Of a stretch of 64,000 nucleotides of DNA, positions 1 through 10,466 are shown piece after piece. The position numbers were made by a program, and so were the translations under genes. Where the stretch lies: the NCBI GenBank assembly GCA_963717525.1, contig OY970343.1, positions 868,233-932,232 on the forward strand, given 5' to 3'. Every line of letters begins with the position of its first letter. The stretch's first letter is position 1. This stretch comes from an uncultured Methanoregulaceae archaeon. GTDB taxonomy: Archaea > Halobacteriota > Methanomicrobia > Methanomicrobiales > Methanospirillaceae. The notes beneath the pieces are model-generated. The model was not told the origin of the DNA, ran no database searches, and was given only the letters and a program-made list of their open reading frames with translations.

Positions 1-587
1 AGTCGACAAGAAACTCGCCGAAGCGATCGACTCCACGTTTGTGGAGGTCGTGGTCTCTCCGTCATTTACGAAGCACGCGCTCGATGCGATGAAATCCAAA
101 GAGAATATGCGGGTGCTTGTCCTCCCGGATCGTGTGAATGCGGACGAAGTGCGCACCATTGACGGGGGCATCCTGGTACAGCGGACATTGCCATACCAGG
201 AGAACTGGAGCGTGATCACCGACCGTGATCCGACCACTGATGAGATGCAGGCACTGCGGATCGCATGGAAAGTCTGCAAGCACACCAAGAGCAACACAAT
301 CATCTTTGCCGACCAGAAACGTACCTCTCGGTATCGGCGCCGGCCAGATGAGCCGGGTTGATTCGGCAAAGATCGCTATTGAGAAGGCATGTGCCCCTCT
401 TGCAGGATCCGCCGTTGCTTCAGACGCATTCCTCCCCTTTCCGGATACGCTTGAAGTGGCAGCGAAAGCCGGTGCCACAGCACTCGTGCAGCCGGGCGGA
501 TCCATCCGGGATAAGGAGGTTATTGAAGCCGCAAACCGGCTGAATGTTGCCATGGTCTTTACCGGCGTAAGATATTTCAGGCATTGA
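1..587 (+). CDS. purH: Bifunctional AICAR transformylase/IMP cyclohydrolase, 3' part (5' end outside window; +1 indel near 327)
   Basis: ORFs 41..361 and 225..587 join into the PurH C-terminus: [47 protein letters not shown] end. Confidence 0.93.
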
Positions 588-589
588 CA

Positions 590-612
590 ATTTTTGCGTA
601 TTTTTTTGTTTT
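590..612 (+). terminator. Oligo-T archaeal terminator after purH
   Basis: T-tracts (tttttgcgtatttttttgtttt) directly after the stop codon. Confidence 0.5.
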
Positions 613-723
613 GAACCGAATTTTTGGATAAATTTATATTCTGCGAAGTATTTATACCTGATATAAATCATTTATGGCTGGATAGTCATGGATGATTCAA
701 CCTAAATCATTGTGGTGAATGAA

Positions 724-1389
724 ATGGAATTTGGAAAACTGGTCAAAGACTCTTTGGGATACGCAAAAGAAGGTCTCGTTGGGAAGTGGATAAACTGGAT
801 ATTGCTGATTGTCAGTTGCATAATCTTTCCTTTTGTCTTAGGCTATATAATGCGTATTTACCGTGGTGCAAGTAAAGCTCCTGAGCTCAATGAGTGGGGG
901 GGCATGTTTATTGAAGGGATTAAACTTTTCATTGTCGTGCTAATCTATGCAATTCCGATAATCATCATTGAACTTGCAGTTCTTGGTAGTACATTCATCA
1001 CTACTATGACGTTGAAAACAGCCGGGCATGAAAATCCCGCTCAAATGATGAATCTAATAGGGGGAGTTCTGTTCGGTTTTATAATTTTGGTGATTGTTTC
1101 GATCATTATCGGCCTCATATTAGCCACTGCAGTAGTACGGTTTGCTCGAATGAACAGCTTTGGTGAAGCATTTAATTTCAATGCAATCTTTGCACATATC
1201 GGGAAAATCGACTTTGTGTCGTATCTTGTTGCTCTGATAATTATGGTCATTATCATCGGAGTTATAGAAGTTATATGTATGATGATCCCCTATATTGGCT
1301 GGTTACTACTTCTCATAATCCTCCCGCTCCTTGTCTTGTTTGAAGCACGGTATCTTACCCTCCTCTATGAGAGTGCCGGTCCCGTATAA
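724..1389 (+). CDS. DUF4013-type multi-pass membrane protein
   Basis: Motifs GYIMRIYRG..PEL.EWGGMFIEGIK and RFARMNSFGEAFNF; several hydrophobic helices. Confidence 0.8.
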   Translation: MEFGKLVKDSLGYAKEGLVGKWINWILLIVSCIIFPFVLGYIMRIYRGASKAPELNEWGGMFIEGIKLFIVVLIYAIPIIIIELAVLGSTFITTMTLKTAGHENPAQMMNLIGGVLFGFIILVIVSIIIGLILATAVVRFARMNSFGEAFNFNAIFAHIGKIDFVSYLVALIIMVIIIGVIEVICMMIPYIGWLLLLIILPLLVLFEARYLTLLYESAGPV

Positions 1390-1806
1390 CTTTTTTCCTT
1401 TTCCCGGCTACATATAAACATGAAACAAGCTGTTTTTGAAGAAATTTTTTTCTCGTTGACCTCCCAACGGTTGAATCACTATTGGTTGATATGAGTTTCG
1501 GGATTAAGCTTGACGACTTCTCATCCTAAATAAATGAGAGTGTCTGGGAAAATGGAACCATTGGCTGCTCTGGTTGCCAGCCCGATAATTCTCGCTTTGA
1601 TTTATGGGTGTTCCGCATGGATCTATCGTGGTGAGAGTATGCCATTATGCAACACTGTATATTAATGCAGTAAACATGGATCCGTGACGGTTCCGGCAGA
1701 ACAATAACCGGATTTCCGAATTCCCTTTGATTAAATAAAAATACGTCTTTAGGGTGCGACTTTTCAGACATCTCAAAAAGGATATCCGGCCGAAGATTGG
1801 GAGAGG

Positions 1807-3459
1807 TTATCTCTGCACTGCGCCAAGGTTTGCCTGCTCAACGGTCTTTGCGTACCGGGCAAGGACACCGGTCAGCGATCGGGCTACCGGCCTCCATGAA
1901 TCTTTCCGGAACTGGAGAGTTTTTGGATCGACCAACAGGTCGATTGTTCTGGCAAAGAGATCGACAGCGATCAGATCTCCTTCCTGCACAAAAGCAATAG
2001 GCCCCCCGACCGCAGCCTCCGGGGCAACGTGCCCGATACAGGGACCACGGGTCCCCCCGGAGAAGCGACCGTCGGTAATCAGCACGACGTCTTTGTAGCC
2101 AACCCCCATCAGGGCTGATGTCGCAGAGAGCATCTCCGGCATCCCAGGCCCGCCACGCGGCCCTTCGTTCCTTATGATGAGGACATCACCTTCACAGATC
2201 TGCCGGGAAAGAATTGCTTTCATCGCAGGCTCCTCAGCCTCAAAGACCCGGGCAGGACCGGTGTGTTTCCATATCTCTTTTGGGACGGCTGCAGATTTGA
2301 CGACAGCCCCATCGGGCGCCAGGGATCCAAAGAGGATACGCAGGCCACCCGCCGGGCTCACCGGTGCATCCAGCGTCTTGATAACATCTTCATTTTTGAT
2401 CACTGCATTCTGTGCAATATCATGAATGGTCGACCCTGAAGCGGTCAGGCAGTTGTCAAGATGTTTTTCCAGGCGCTTGAGAACCGCGGGAATACCACCG
2501 GCCCGGTACAGGGCCTGCATGGAGTGGGGGCCGGCGGGGAGCATGTGACAGATATGCGGGATCTCATCAGCAATACGGTTGAAATCCTTAAGAGAGAGTG
2601 GGATCTCGGCCTCGGTTGCAATTGCCATGAGATGAAGCACGGTATTAGTCGAACCGCCAAGCGCCATATCCACGCGGATCGCATTTTCCAGGCTCTTTCT
2701 GGTAACGATATCACGCGGCGTGACATTCTTTTTTACCAGAGGGACAATAGCCTCGCCACTCTCCCGGGCTATTCGCAGCTTTGCTGCGTCCACTGCGGGA
2801 ATCGCTGCGCAGCCAGGCAGGGACATCCCCATGGTCTCGGTCATGCAGGCCATCGTGTTTGCGGTGTAGAGTCCCTGGCAGCTCCCACAGCCGGGCATGG
2901 CGCAGCATTCCAGGTCTTTCAAGGATGCCTCATCCATGGTTCCTGCGGCAACCTTTCCCACTCCCTCAAATATATCGATGAGCGAGAGGTCTTTTCCATC
3001 CATACTCCCGGAGAGCATCGCCCCACCAGTTACGATTACCGTCGGGATGTTTGTCCTGACCGCAGCCATGAGCATCCCGGGAACAATCTTGTCACAAGTA
3101 CCGACGCACACAAGGCCATCAAAACGGTGCGCCTGGGCCATGAGTTCGATAGAATCCGCAATATTTTCCCGGGAGGGAAGAGAATATCTCATCCCTTCGT
3201 GTCCCATTGCAATCCCATCACAGATACCGATGACACCGAATTCAAACGGAACTCCCCCGGCGGCAGCAATGCCTTCATGTACCTTGTCCGAAAGCTGGCG
3301 CAAATGAGTATGGCCGGGAACAATAGTATTGTACGCATTGGCAATACCGATAAACGGAAGGTTCATCTCCCGGTCAGTGACCCCAAGCGATCGCAGAAGC
3401 GAACGGTTCGGCGCCCGTTCGTACCCCTTCCTGACTTTATCGCTTCGCATATCCGTCAT
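1807..3459 (-). CDS. ilvD: Dihydroxy-acid dehydratase
   Basis: 550 aa with [52 protein letters not shown]. Confidence 0.97.
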   Translation of the reverse strand: MTDMRSDKVRKGYERAPNRSLLRSLGVTDREMNLPFIGIANAYNTIVPGHTHLRQLSDKVHEGIAAAGGVPFEFGVIGICDGIAMGHEGMRYSLPSRENIADSIELMAQAHRFDGLVCVGTCDKIVPGMLMAAVRTNIPTVIVTGGAMLSGSMDGKDLSLIDIFEGVGKVAAGTMDEASLKDLECCAMPGCGSCQGLYTANTMACMTETMGMSLPGCAAIPAVDAAKLRIARESGEAIVPLVKKNVTPRDIVTRKSLENAIRVDMALGGSTNTVLHLMAIATEAEIPLSLKDFNRIADEIPHICHMLPAGPHSMQALYRAGGIPAVLKRLEKHLDNCLTASGSTIHDIAQNAVIKNEDVIKTLDAPVSPAGGLRILFGSLAPDGAVVKSAAVPKEIWKHTGPARVFEAEEPAMKAILSRQICEGDVLIIRNEGPRGGPGMPEMLSATSALMGVGYKDVVLITDGRFSGGTRGPCIGHVAPEAAVGGPIAFVQEGDLIAVDLFARTIDLLVDPKTLQFRKDSWRPVARSLTGVLARYAKTVEQANLGAVQR

Positions 3460-3666
3460 TACCTGATGATTGCTCCGCTTGATTCATGAATCTGTTGCCG
3501 CACTGTGCTTACCGGAGAACAAGTCACACATGAATGTTCCCCTATACGAGAAACGGAATACACGGAACCTCTGCCAGACTGAGTTCCCGGAATCGTCAAA
3601 GGTCAGTGCAGTTAAAAAAAGATTATAATTAACAGATAAACATTACAGCCGGTGTAACATGGAGAG

Positions 3667-4962
3667 CTACCGTTTCCTCCTAGCATGAATTAGGGTGTAG
3701 ATGATACCGATGATCACAGCGACGATGAGGGAGATATAGACGGGATTGGAGACGATGCCCTGGATCCCGGAGAGGTTTTTGACGTCGATAGAGATCTTCA
3801 TCGGGTCGGAGATGTAGGTATCGTCGAGGGCATCATTGTACCGGATCTCGGAATCGAGGCCATATTCCTTGATAGTCGCGTCGCTTGCCACGCTGATCTG
3901 ATAGGAAGCCACCGCGGACTGTCCCGGCGCGAGGTCGCCAAGGTAAGCGATATCGGAGGAACTGGTGAACGGATCGACCACGCTGATACGAGCCTCCGCG
4001 CTGTAGACCGTGGAGTCCCCGGTGTTCTGGTATTCGACCTGGATCGTCCGCTTGCTGCCCGGGCTCATCTCGACCGGGGGAGACTGGATTGCAAAAGAAA
4101 CCTTATTGCCGATGTCCACACCTACGACCTGGGTCTGTGACGGAACGAAATCTCCCTCGTCATTCTGGTACATCACAACAACATCTATGGGATAGGTCTT
4201 GTTCTCCGCATCCTTTGCCACGGATACCTTGTACTGGCAGGAGACCGTGCTGCCTGCGGGAAATGCACCGATATACACGCTGCTGTCGACCGGACTGACC
4301 GGGCTGTCATCGTCCTGGAGGATCTCCACGGTTGCTTTGGCGCCGTCAAGCGACCCGATATTTGCGATGGTCAGGTTCACGTAGCCGTTTGCACCCGCAA
4401 CCAGCTGGCCGGAGGTCGCTGAGACAACCTCCGGGATCACCTCGGACTTGATGACCAGCGGGGCGGTAATGGTCACGTTGCCGGGCACGTAGTAATACCG
4501 GAACGTGTCAAGGCCGTACTGGTCGACGTTCGAGAACTGGGTGTAACTGATGTTGAGCGGCAGATAATACGTGCCGCCCGCGGCATCGGCATTAACCTTC
4601 GCGGAGAACGTCACGGTCTGCTGGGCCTGGCTCGCAATGTCCCCAATCATCTGGGGATCGGATTTGATCACCACCGGGGCATCCCCCGCACCCATGGCGA
4701 CCGTGACAAATTTCGCCGTAGTCGGAACATCCGCCAGATCGACAATGTTCGGCGCTACCTCATAGTTCGTGTTTATACCGGTGTTTTTGATCACTACCGG
4801 GATCTGGATGTCGCTGCCCGCCGTATACTGGTTCGCCCCGGCTATATACGCCGTCAGGTTCGGGCTGCCGGCCAGATACTTCGTGCCGGCAAACGCCGGG
4901 ACGGCGAGACATGCGAGGAGTATTATAAGGATAATTATTTTAGCTTGGGGTGATCCCATCAA
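3667..4962 (-). CDS. S-layer/COG1361-type surface protein with signal peptide and C-terminal membrane anchor
   Basis: N-terminal signal peptide, Ig-like repeats (YIGAFPAGS, YLGDLAPGQS, KEYGLDSEIRY), C-terminal TM plus RRKR. Confidence 0.8.
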   Translation of the reverse strand: MMGSPQAKIIILIILLACLAVPAFAGTKYLAGSPNLTAYIAGANQYTAGSDIQIPVVIKNTGINTNYEVAPNIVDLADVPTTAKFVTVAMGAGDAPVVIKSDPQMIGDIASQAQQTVTFSAKVNADAAGGTYYLPLNISYTQFSNVDQYGLDTFRYYYVPGNVTITAPLVIKSEVIPEVVSATSGQLVAGANGYVNLTIANIGSLDGAKATVEILQDDDSPVSPVDSSVYIGAFPAGSTVSCQYKVSVAKDAENKTYPIDVVVMYQNDEGDFVPSQTQVVGVDIGNKVSFAIQSPPVEMSPGSKRTIQVEYQNTGDSTVYSAEARISVVDPFTSSSDIAYLGDLAPGQSAVASYQISVASDATIKEYGLDSEIRYNDALDDTYISDPMKISIDVKNLSGIQGIVSNPVYISLIVAVIIGIIYTLIHARRKR

Positions 4963-5241
4963 AGAGGCTCCTGTACGGTAATAAAAATATGTTTCTTTAT
5001 ATTATGGTATTTGGTTATGTATTTTCTTTGGCGTATGAGGAGGTCAGACTATGGCACAAAAAGATTGCAGGCCAGTTATTTTAAGTGGGTTTCTTGGATC
5101 GAGATAAATATAACCTTTAAAGAAATTGCTGAATCCGGTTCCATGATACCTACAACCGTGGGAAATGTAACAGGTTTCGTGATGCTGGATTATGATCTTT
5201 TAAGCATACATAAATAACAGAAAAAGCTCTACACATCAGTG

Positions 5242-6045
5242 ATGACAAAGCAGATGTGTTGTGCGGTACTTGCGTCTGGCATCATTCTGATGCTCCTTGT
5301 GGCCGGGTGCGTTACACCTCCAAAAGGAACGACGACTTCATCGACATCCGGTAATTATTATGCCACCGAAACGAATGCTCAGGAGACACCAACATCTTCA
5401 TCCTATGTTAATGCGGCTACGCCTTTTGTAACTAGTACTTCTGGTGTTCAGGCCGGTAGTAGTCAGGGGGGTAATCCCTATGCGACTCCTACCCCCATAT
5501 CTGCCGATCTGTCGTGTCTCATCTACCAGAACACTCAATTTTTCTCCTATAATACAACCGCGATATCTTTCGACATGAAAAACCCTCCAATGTATATTAC
5601 GTATTCTGTTGTTCCATTCAACATCACGGTCAATAAGCCTGTTGAAATAAACCAGGGTGGTAGTGGAGACCAATGGGTAACCCTGCAGTACTCCGATTAT
5701 GCCCCGTATTCATGGTTTGAGATTACCGTTCGGGATAATGAAACGGGTGATGTCTATCTTGACAACGGGTTTGCACCATACAGGGCTTCCAATCCTCTAA
5801 GTGGCTATATCAACGCGACACTCGGCCCTATTCTCAATTCAGGCGACCTTCATATAGAGATGACCGGGAACAACATCACGGCAACAACCGGTATATGGGT
5901 AAAACCGGTAGGTAATATTGATGACCCGCAAAACCAGACATTCTCCCAATGCCAATACTGGAACGGGCATCCGCAAAATTACCTGGTTTACCCGACAACA
6001 ACGGCCACTCCCACGTGGACGCCGGGAAACGTGCAGGCTGACTAA
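5242..6045 (+). CDS. Putative lipoprotein, Ser/Thr-rich, function unknown
   Basis: Lipobox-like LLVAGC after a hydrophobic leader; S/T-rich linkers; N-x-S/T sequons. Confidence 0.7.
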   Translation: MTKQMCCAVLASGIILMLLVAGCVTPPKGTTTSSTSGNYYATETNAQETPTSSSYVNAATPFVTSTSGVQAGSSQGGNPYATPTPISADLSCLIYQNTQFFSYNTTAISFDMKNPPMYITYSVVPFNITVNKPVEINQGGSGDQWVTLQYSDYAPYSWFEITVRDNETGDVYLDNGFAPYRASNPLSGYINATLGPILNSGDLHIEMTGNNITATTGIWVKPVGNIDDPQNQTFSQCQYWNGHPQNYLVYPTTTATPTWTPGNVQAD

Positions 6046-6070
6046 TGAGCGAGAGGTATAATTTTTTTTG

Positions 6071-6914
6071 AGTATAGTCCCATTCTAGTGACTAAACCTC
6101 GTGTCCCAACAGCTTGATGATACGTTTCACTTTATAATTATTATTTTCATTTCTATGACACATACTCACCTAAATAGAGAGGCAATTTTTCTTGTCTGAT
6201 ACCACCTTTGAAACCAGTTTTCTTTTCAAGTATCCCCCAGAATCCTTCCAGACCATTGATATGATTTCCTTTTCCATCGCTATACTGGTTTTCACCGTGA
6301 TTGACAAGATGATGAACGTATCCACGTGAAGCGATACCGGTATATGCTTTCCAGGTATCTGAACAAATGATGGAACCGGTTGAAACTTTCCTTGAGATAA
6401 GTGGTTGCAGAGTTTCAGCTCCAACTTCATCAACAACTTCGGCCCAGGCAGTATCATTATGACAAAAAATCCCCAACACCAGTTGTTTCTTCGTTCCTCT
6501 TCCCCGTTTAGTGCCGTGATCTCGGATCGTTTTTCGTTTGTTTTTCCATTGACTCCCGAGGTAGGTTTCATCCACTTCAACGGTGCCGGAAAAGATTTCC
6601 GGTACATCTTTTATGAGTGCAGTTCGAATCAACGTCAGTGCCATCAGAACTCGTTTTCGTTCAAGACCGGTCCAGACTGAGATATTATGGCTGCTCTGCT
6701 CCAAGAGAAACCATGTGATAATTTCTTTCCATTGATCTTTTGTAAGATAGAGGGGGAGCCGGTGCAGTATAAATTCATATTCGCACAGGGAACATTTCCT
6801 CTTCCCATTAGAGAGCAGGTAAACTTTTTTGACATCGCATTTTGGGCATGATATTTTTACCAGTTCCTCGTCCAAATTTTCTTTACGAGTTGGTAGTTAA
6901 AATGGTATTATACC
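6071..6914 (-). mobile_element. IS1595-family insertion sequence, about 844 bp, decayed
   Basis: Imperfect terminal inverted repeats of about 24 bp (gtatagtcccattctagtgactaa vs reverse-complemented gtataataccattttaactaccaa). Flanked by 8-bp direct repeat tttttttg (6063-6070 and 6915-6922). Encodes an ISXO2-like transposase. Confidence 0.88.
6153..6875 (-). pseudogene. IS1595/ISXO2-like DDE transposase with indels and a premature stop
   Basis: Zn-ribbon CPKC...CSLC, VEVDETY, SDTWKAY, HINGLEGFW. GYLKRKLVSK lies in another frame (6170..6607 ORF), and the tail after LGEYV is deleted or shifted. Confidence 0.85.
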
Positions 6915-7022
6915 TTTTTTTGAATGAGATGATTCGCAATTTCGTATCTATCGATTTTTTTAACGGTGAGATATTTAAGCGATTAAAACGATGTAAATAA
7001 GGCAGGCACCCATAAAACACAC

Positions 7023-7094
7023 GTCCCGGTGGGGTAGTGGACATCCTAGAAGCCTGCGGAGCTTTTGACCCGGGTTCAAGTCCCGGCCGGGGCG
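7023..7094 (+). tRNA. tRNA-Arg(GCG), intron-less
   Basis: Acceptor stem GTCCCGG/CCGGGGC, anticodon arm GAAGC-CT-GCG-GA-GCTTT, T arm CCGGG-TTCAAGT-CCCGG, discriminator G. Confidence 0.95.
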
Positions 7095-7579
7095 TACCAT
7101 TTTCCATCATTGCATGTTCCCTTTGATCTGATCTCTCCTTGATTCTGATACAATCCGTCACCGTGAAAAGATGAGATAACTCCACACTCCTGATAGCCGT
7201 ACGACCCCCCTAATCCCCGTGCGCGCCTCACTAGTATAATGTATCGTTTTAAAAAGAGCAATTTTTGCGTGATTTTCCAGATCTGTCCTAGGGATCGAAT
7301 GGAATTAAATGCTTCCTGCGATACATACCGGGTGCAGTGCAGCAGATCTGAGACAGCAATCTGTGTCAGGCGCCGATCAAAATGAGGATATTTAGGAGGG
7401 TCACAGGCAACGGGTGCTATCCCTCCTCACGAATCCCGGATTTCCCGTTCTGCCTCGTTCCTTACAGCATCAGGCCATTTTAAACTACATGCCCAATCCC
7501 GATGCAGCAGTATGGAGGATATCCGAAAAACCAGTGGCATGAAAAAGGAATATGTGGAGATAACGTGAAAATAAAAAAA

Positions 7580-8617
7580 TTACAGCGCCGGTTTTGTTTT
7601 GAGCGCCGCAACCAGCAGACTGACACCGGCTTCGATGTCACCGATGTCCAGTACCTCAACCGGTGAGTGGATGTACCGGGTGGGTGGGCTGATGGTAGTG
7701 CTCGGTACACCGCCTCGGGAGAGATGAATGGACGTTGCATCGGTCGTCCCCCCGGTACCAACTTCGAACTGCACCGGGATTGCGTGAGACTCAGCGGTAT
7801 CTTTCAGCCACCGGACAACCTTGCGGTTCGCGATAAGTCCTCTCCCGCTGCTATCAACGATAGTAATGACCGGACCTTTTCCCATCTCGACTGCCGCATC
7901 TTTCATATCGATGCCCGGGTGATCCCCGGGAATAGTGACATCGGTGGCAATGGCCCAGTCGGGGTCAATGGTATAGGCACTGGTCTTTGCACCCTTAAGC
8001 CCGACCTCCTCTTGGACGGTAAATACCGCATAGACCGTGAAGGGGGACTTTATCTTCTGCATGGTCTTTACGAGCATCGCGACACCGGCCCGGTTGTCAA
8101 ACGCCTTCCCGGTGACACGGTTGTTCGCGAGCTCGGTGAACTCCCGGTCGATCGTTATGGGCGTCCCGACCTCGATGCCGAGTTCCGCGACATCATCCTT
8201 GTTTTTTGCCCCGACATCAATGAACATATCGTCCGTTTTCACACCTTTCTTGCGCTCCTCCTCGTCCATCATGTGCGGGGGTTTGCCGCCAATGACACCG
8301 AACCGGTCGCCCTTTGTTCCATGAACGATGACGCGCTGGTTATAGAGGGTCGGAGCATACCAGCCGCCCAGCGTGATAAACCGGAGGAAGCCCTTGTCAT
8401 CGATATACTTGACCATGAGCCCGATCTCATCCATGTGAGCGGCAAGCATCACCTTCGACTTGTTGCCGTGCTTGACGGCGATAAGGTTTCCCATGGGATC
8501 CTCGGTGATCTCGTCGACATGCCCCTTGAGTTCCTTCTTTATCAGGGCAAATACGCTGCCTTCACTGCCCGATACACCGTGGGTATTGGACAATTTTCGT
8601 AAAAGTTCCTTGACCAT
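7580..8617 (-). CDS. M42 family metallo-aminopeptidase (TET/FrvX-like)
   Basis: AAHMDEIG, KAFDNRAG, VQEEVGLKGA, GGTTD, RYIHSP; start taken at MVKELL. Confidence 0.93.
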   Translation of the reverse strand: MVKELLRKLSNTHGVSGSEGSVFALIKKELKGHVDEITEDPMGNLIAVKHGNKSKVMLAAHMDEIGLMVKYIDDKGFLRFITLGGWYAPTLYNQRVIVHGTKGDRFGVIGGKPPHMMDEEERKKGVKTDDMFIDVGAKNKDDVAELGIEVGTPITIDREFTELANNRVTGKAFDNRAGVAMLVKTMQKIKSPFTVYAVFTVQEEVGLKGAKTSAYTIDPDWAIATDVTIPGDHPGIDMKDAAVEMGKGPVITIVDSSGRGLIANRKVVRWLKDTAESHAIPVQFEVGTGGTTDATSIHLSRGGVPSTTISPPTRYIHSPVEVLDIGDIEAGVSLLVAALKTKPAL

Positions 8618-8618
8618 G

Positions 8619-9729
8619 TTATTGCACTCCTGTTGCTGTTCCGATCCTATCAAGGGCCCGCATGAGGTTTTCCCGCGAGGCGGCATAACTGAGCCGGGCA
8701 TAGTCCGGCGCGTTTGCACCAAACGCCGAACCCGGGGTCAGAATAACACCACTGTCGATAACCTTCTGCACGAGTGCCGGTTTCATCGGCACAAACGCGT
8801 AAAACGCCCCTTCCGGTACCGGGAAGGAGAAACCGATATCAAAAAGGCCTTTGCAAAGCAGGTCGCGGCGTGCACGGTACTCATCCCTCATCTGGCGGAC
8901 CGGTGCCTGGTCTCCGGTATAGGCTGCGAGCGCCGCATACTGGGAGATCGAGGTCGCACATGCCTGGCAGTACCTGGTGCACCTTGAGGCACTGGCCGAC
9001 AACTTCGGGAGAGGCAGCAAGGTACCCGAGTCGCCAGCCGGTCATCGCGTACGTCTTGCTTACCGCGTTTATCGTGATCACGTTGTCGCCAAACCGGGCA
9101 GCACTCACATGCTTTTTCCCGTAGACGAAATGTTCGTAAACCTCATCGCTGACAACCGTAACCCCGGCATCGTTTGCATATTCAACGAGCGCCTTAATCG
9201 ACTCCCCGCTCTCCACGGCGCCGGTCGGGTTTGCAGGGGAATTAAGGACAAAGAGTCGGGCGCCGTCCATGAGCGCCTGAGCCTTTACGAGGTCGATATG
9301 GAACGTTTCATCCAGCGGGACGCCGATCGGCCGGCCGCCGGCAATCGTTGCAAGTGCCGCATAGGAAACAAAACCCGGGTCGGCGCAGAGTACCGGATCC
9401 CCGTCGCTCACGAGTGCCTGCATAACGATATGGAGCGCCTCGCTTGCACCTGCGGTAACCAGGATATGATCAGGGCCATACTGCAGCCCGTTCTCTTTTT
9501 TGAACTTGGCGCAGATCGCGTCCCTGAGCTCAGGAATCCCCGTGTTTGCAGTGTACCCGGTCTTTCCTGCCCGGATTGCGGCGATGGCTGCATCCTTGAT
9601 GTGCTGCGGCGTATCAAAATCCGGCTGGCCGAGGCCGAGGTTTATCGAGTCCGGGCCTGCCGCTTCAAAGATCCTTCGTATCCCGGAAATTTCTATGCCC
9701 TTCACCCGGGGCGAAAACTGTTCTTTCAT
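8619..9729 (-). CDS. PLP-dependent aminotransferase class I/II (aspartate aminotransferase-like); indel near 8975
   Basis: GQPDF, NSPANPTG, SDEVY, SKTYAMTGWRLG in 8881..9729; PEGAFY and RLSYA in 8619..9020. Confidence 0.92.
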
Positions 9730-9750
9730 CCTTTTCCTCCCTGACCTGTC

Positions 9751-10350
9751 CTATTCGATATTTGCGTGACGGTCCTTGAGCGCAGATTCATCTGTCTTGG
9801 TGATCTCCATGAGCCGGGAGATCACGGCATCGGAGAAGATCATCGATGTCGTCTCAAAGAGAGTCCCCAGAGGTGCGAACGACTTATGATCGCCAAGCAT
9901 CTGCCGGATCTCAAACTCGGCCGCATCGTCACGGACATCATCGCGCTGGTTCTCGATGATCACTTTGCAGTCGGCAATCTTCCCGATCCGCGAGTCGGCG
10001 TTGGAGGTGATGAGGCAGATGTGCGCACCGATCTCCTTTCCGGTCTCAGCAATGTCGGCCACCGTCTTTGTCCTGCCGGACCCCGAAAAGACGACAATGA
10101 CATCCCCTTTCCGGAGCGCCGGCGTGATCGTTTCTCCAACAACGTATGACTGAAGGCCGAGGTGCATCAGGCGCATGGCAAATCCTTTTGCCACCAGTCC
10201 AGACCGGCCTGCCCCCATCACGTAGATGCGCTGTGCATTCAGGATCTCGGCAAGAAATGCCTCCACATCCGAATCGGATATGGAATGTGCGATCGCCCGG
10301 ATCTTTGATGCCATCAGCTGCATCATTTCCTGAACCCTGTGGTCTTCCAT
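9751..10350 (-). CDS. hxlB: 6-phospho-3-hexuloisomerase (SIS domain, RuMP pathway)
   Basis: GAGRSG, FAMRLMHLG, SGSG.T, PLGTLFE, RHANIE end. Confidence 0.95.
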   Translation of the reverse strand: MEDHRVQEMMQLMASKIRAIAHSISDSDVEAFLAEILNAQRIYVMGAGRSGLVAKGFAMRLMHLGLQSYVVGETITPALRKGDVIVVFSGSGRTKTVADIAETGKEIGAHICLITSNADSRIGKIADCKVIIENQRDDVRDDAAEFEIRQMLGDHKSFAPLGTLFETTSMIFSDAVISRLMEITKTDESALKDRHANIE

Positions 10351-10466
10351 CCTGCTCGCAAGAATGGTGCTATCCCATAGTAGATGAGAATATCGTACCT
10401 GCTGGGCAGCAAATAGTGGTCTAACAGGAAACTGAAACTATCCCTCCCCAAAAATGTGCTGTATTT

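Noticed and set aside
1390-1806. Small ORF 1526..1771 in the convergent gap
   Set aside because: Atypical composition, no motifs, no structure found
7095-7480. Integrative element att site at tRNA-Arg
   Set aside because: No integrase in the window, and no duplicate of the tRNA 3' end was noticed
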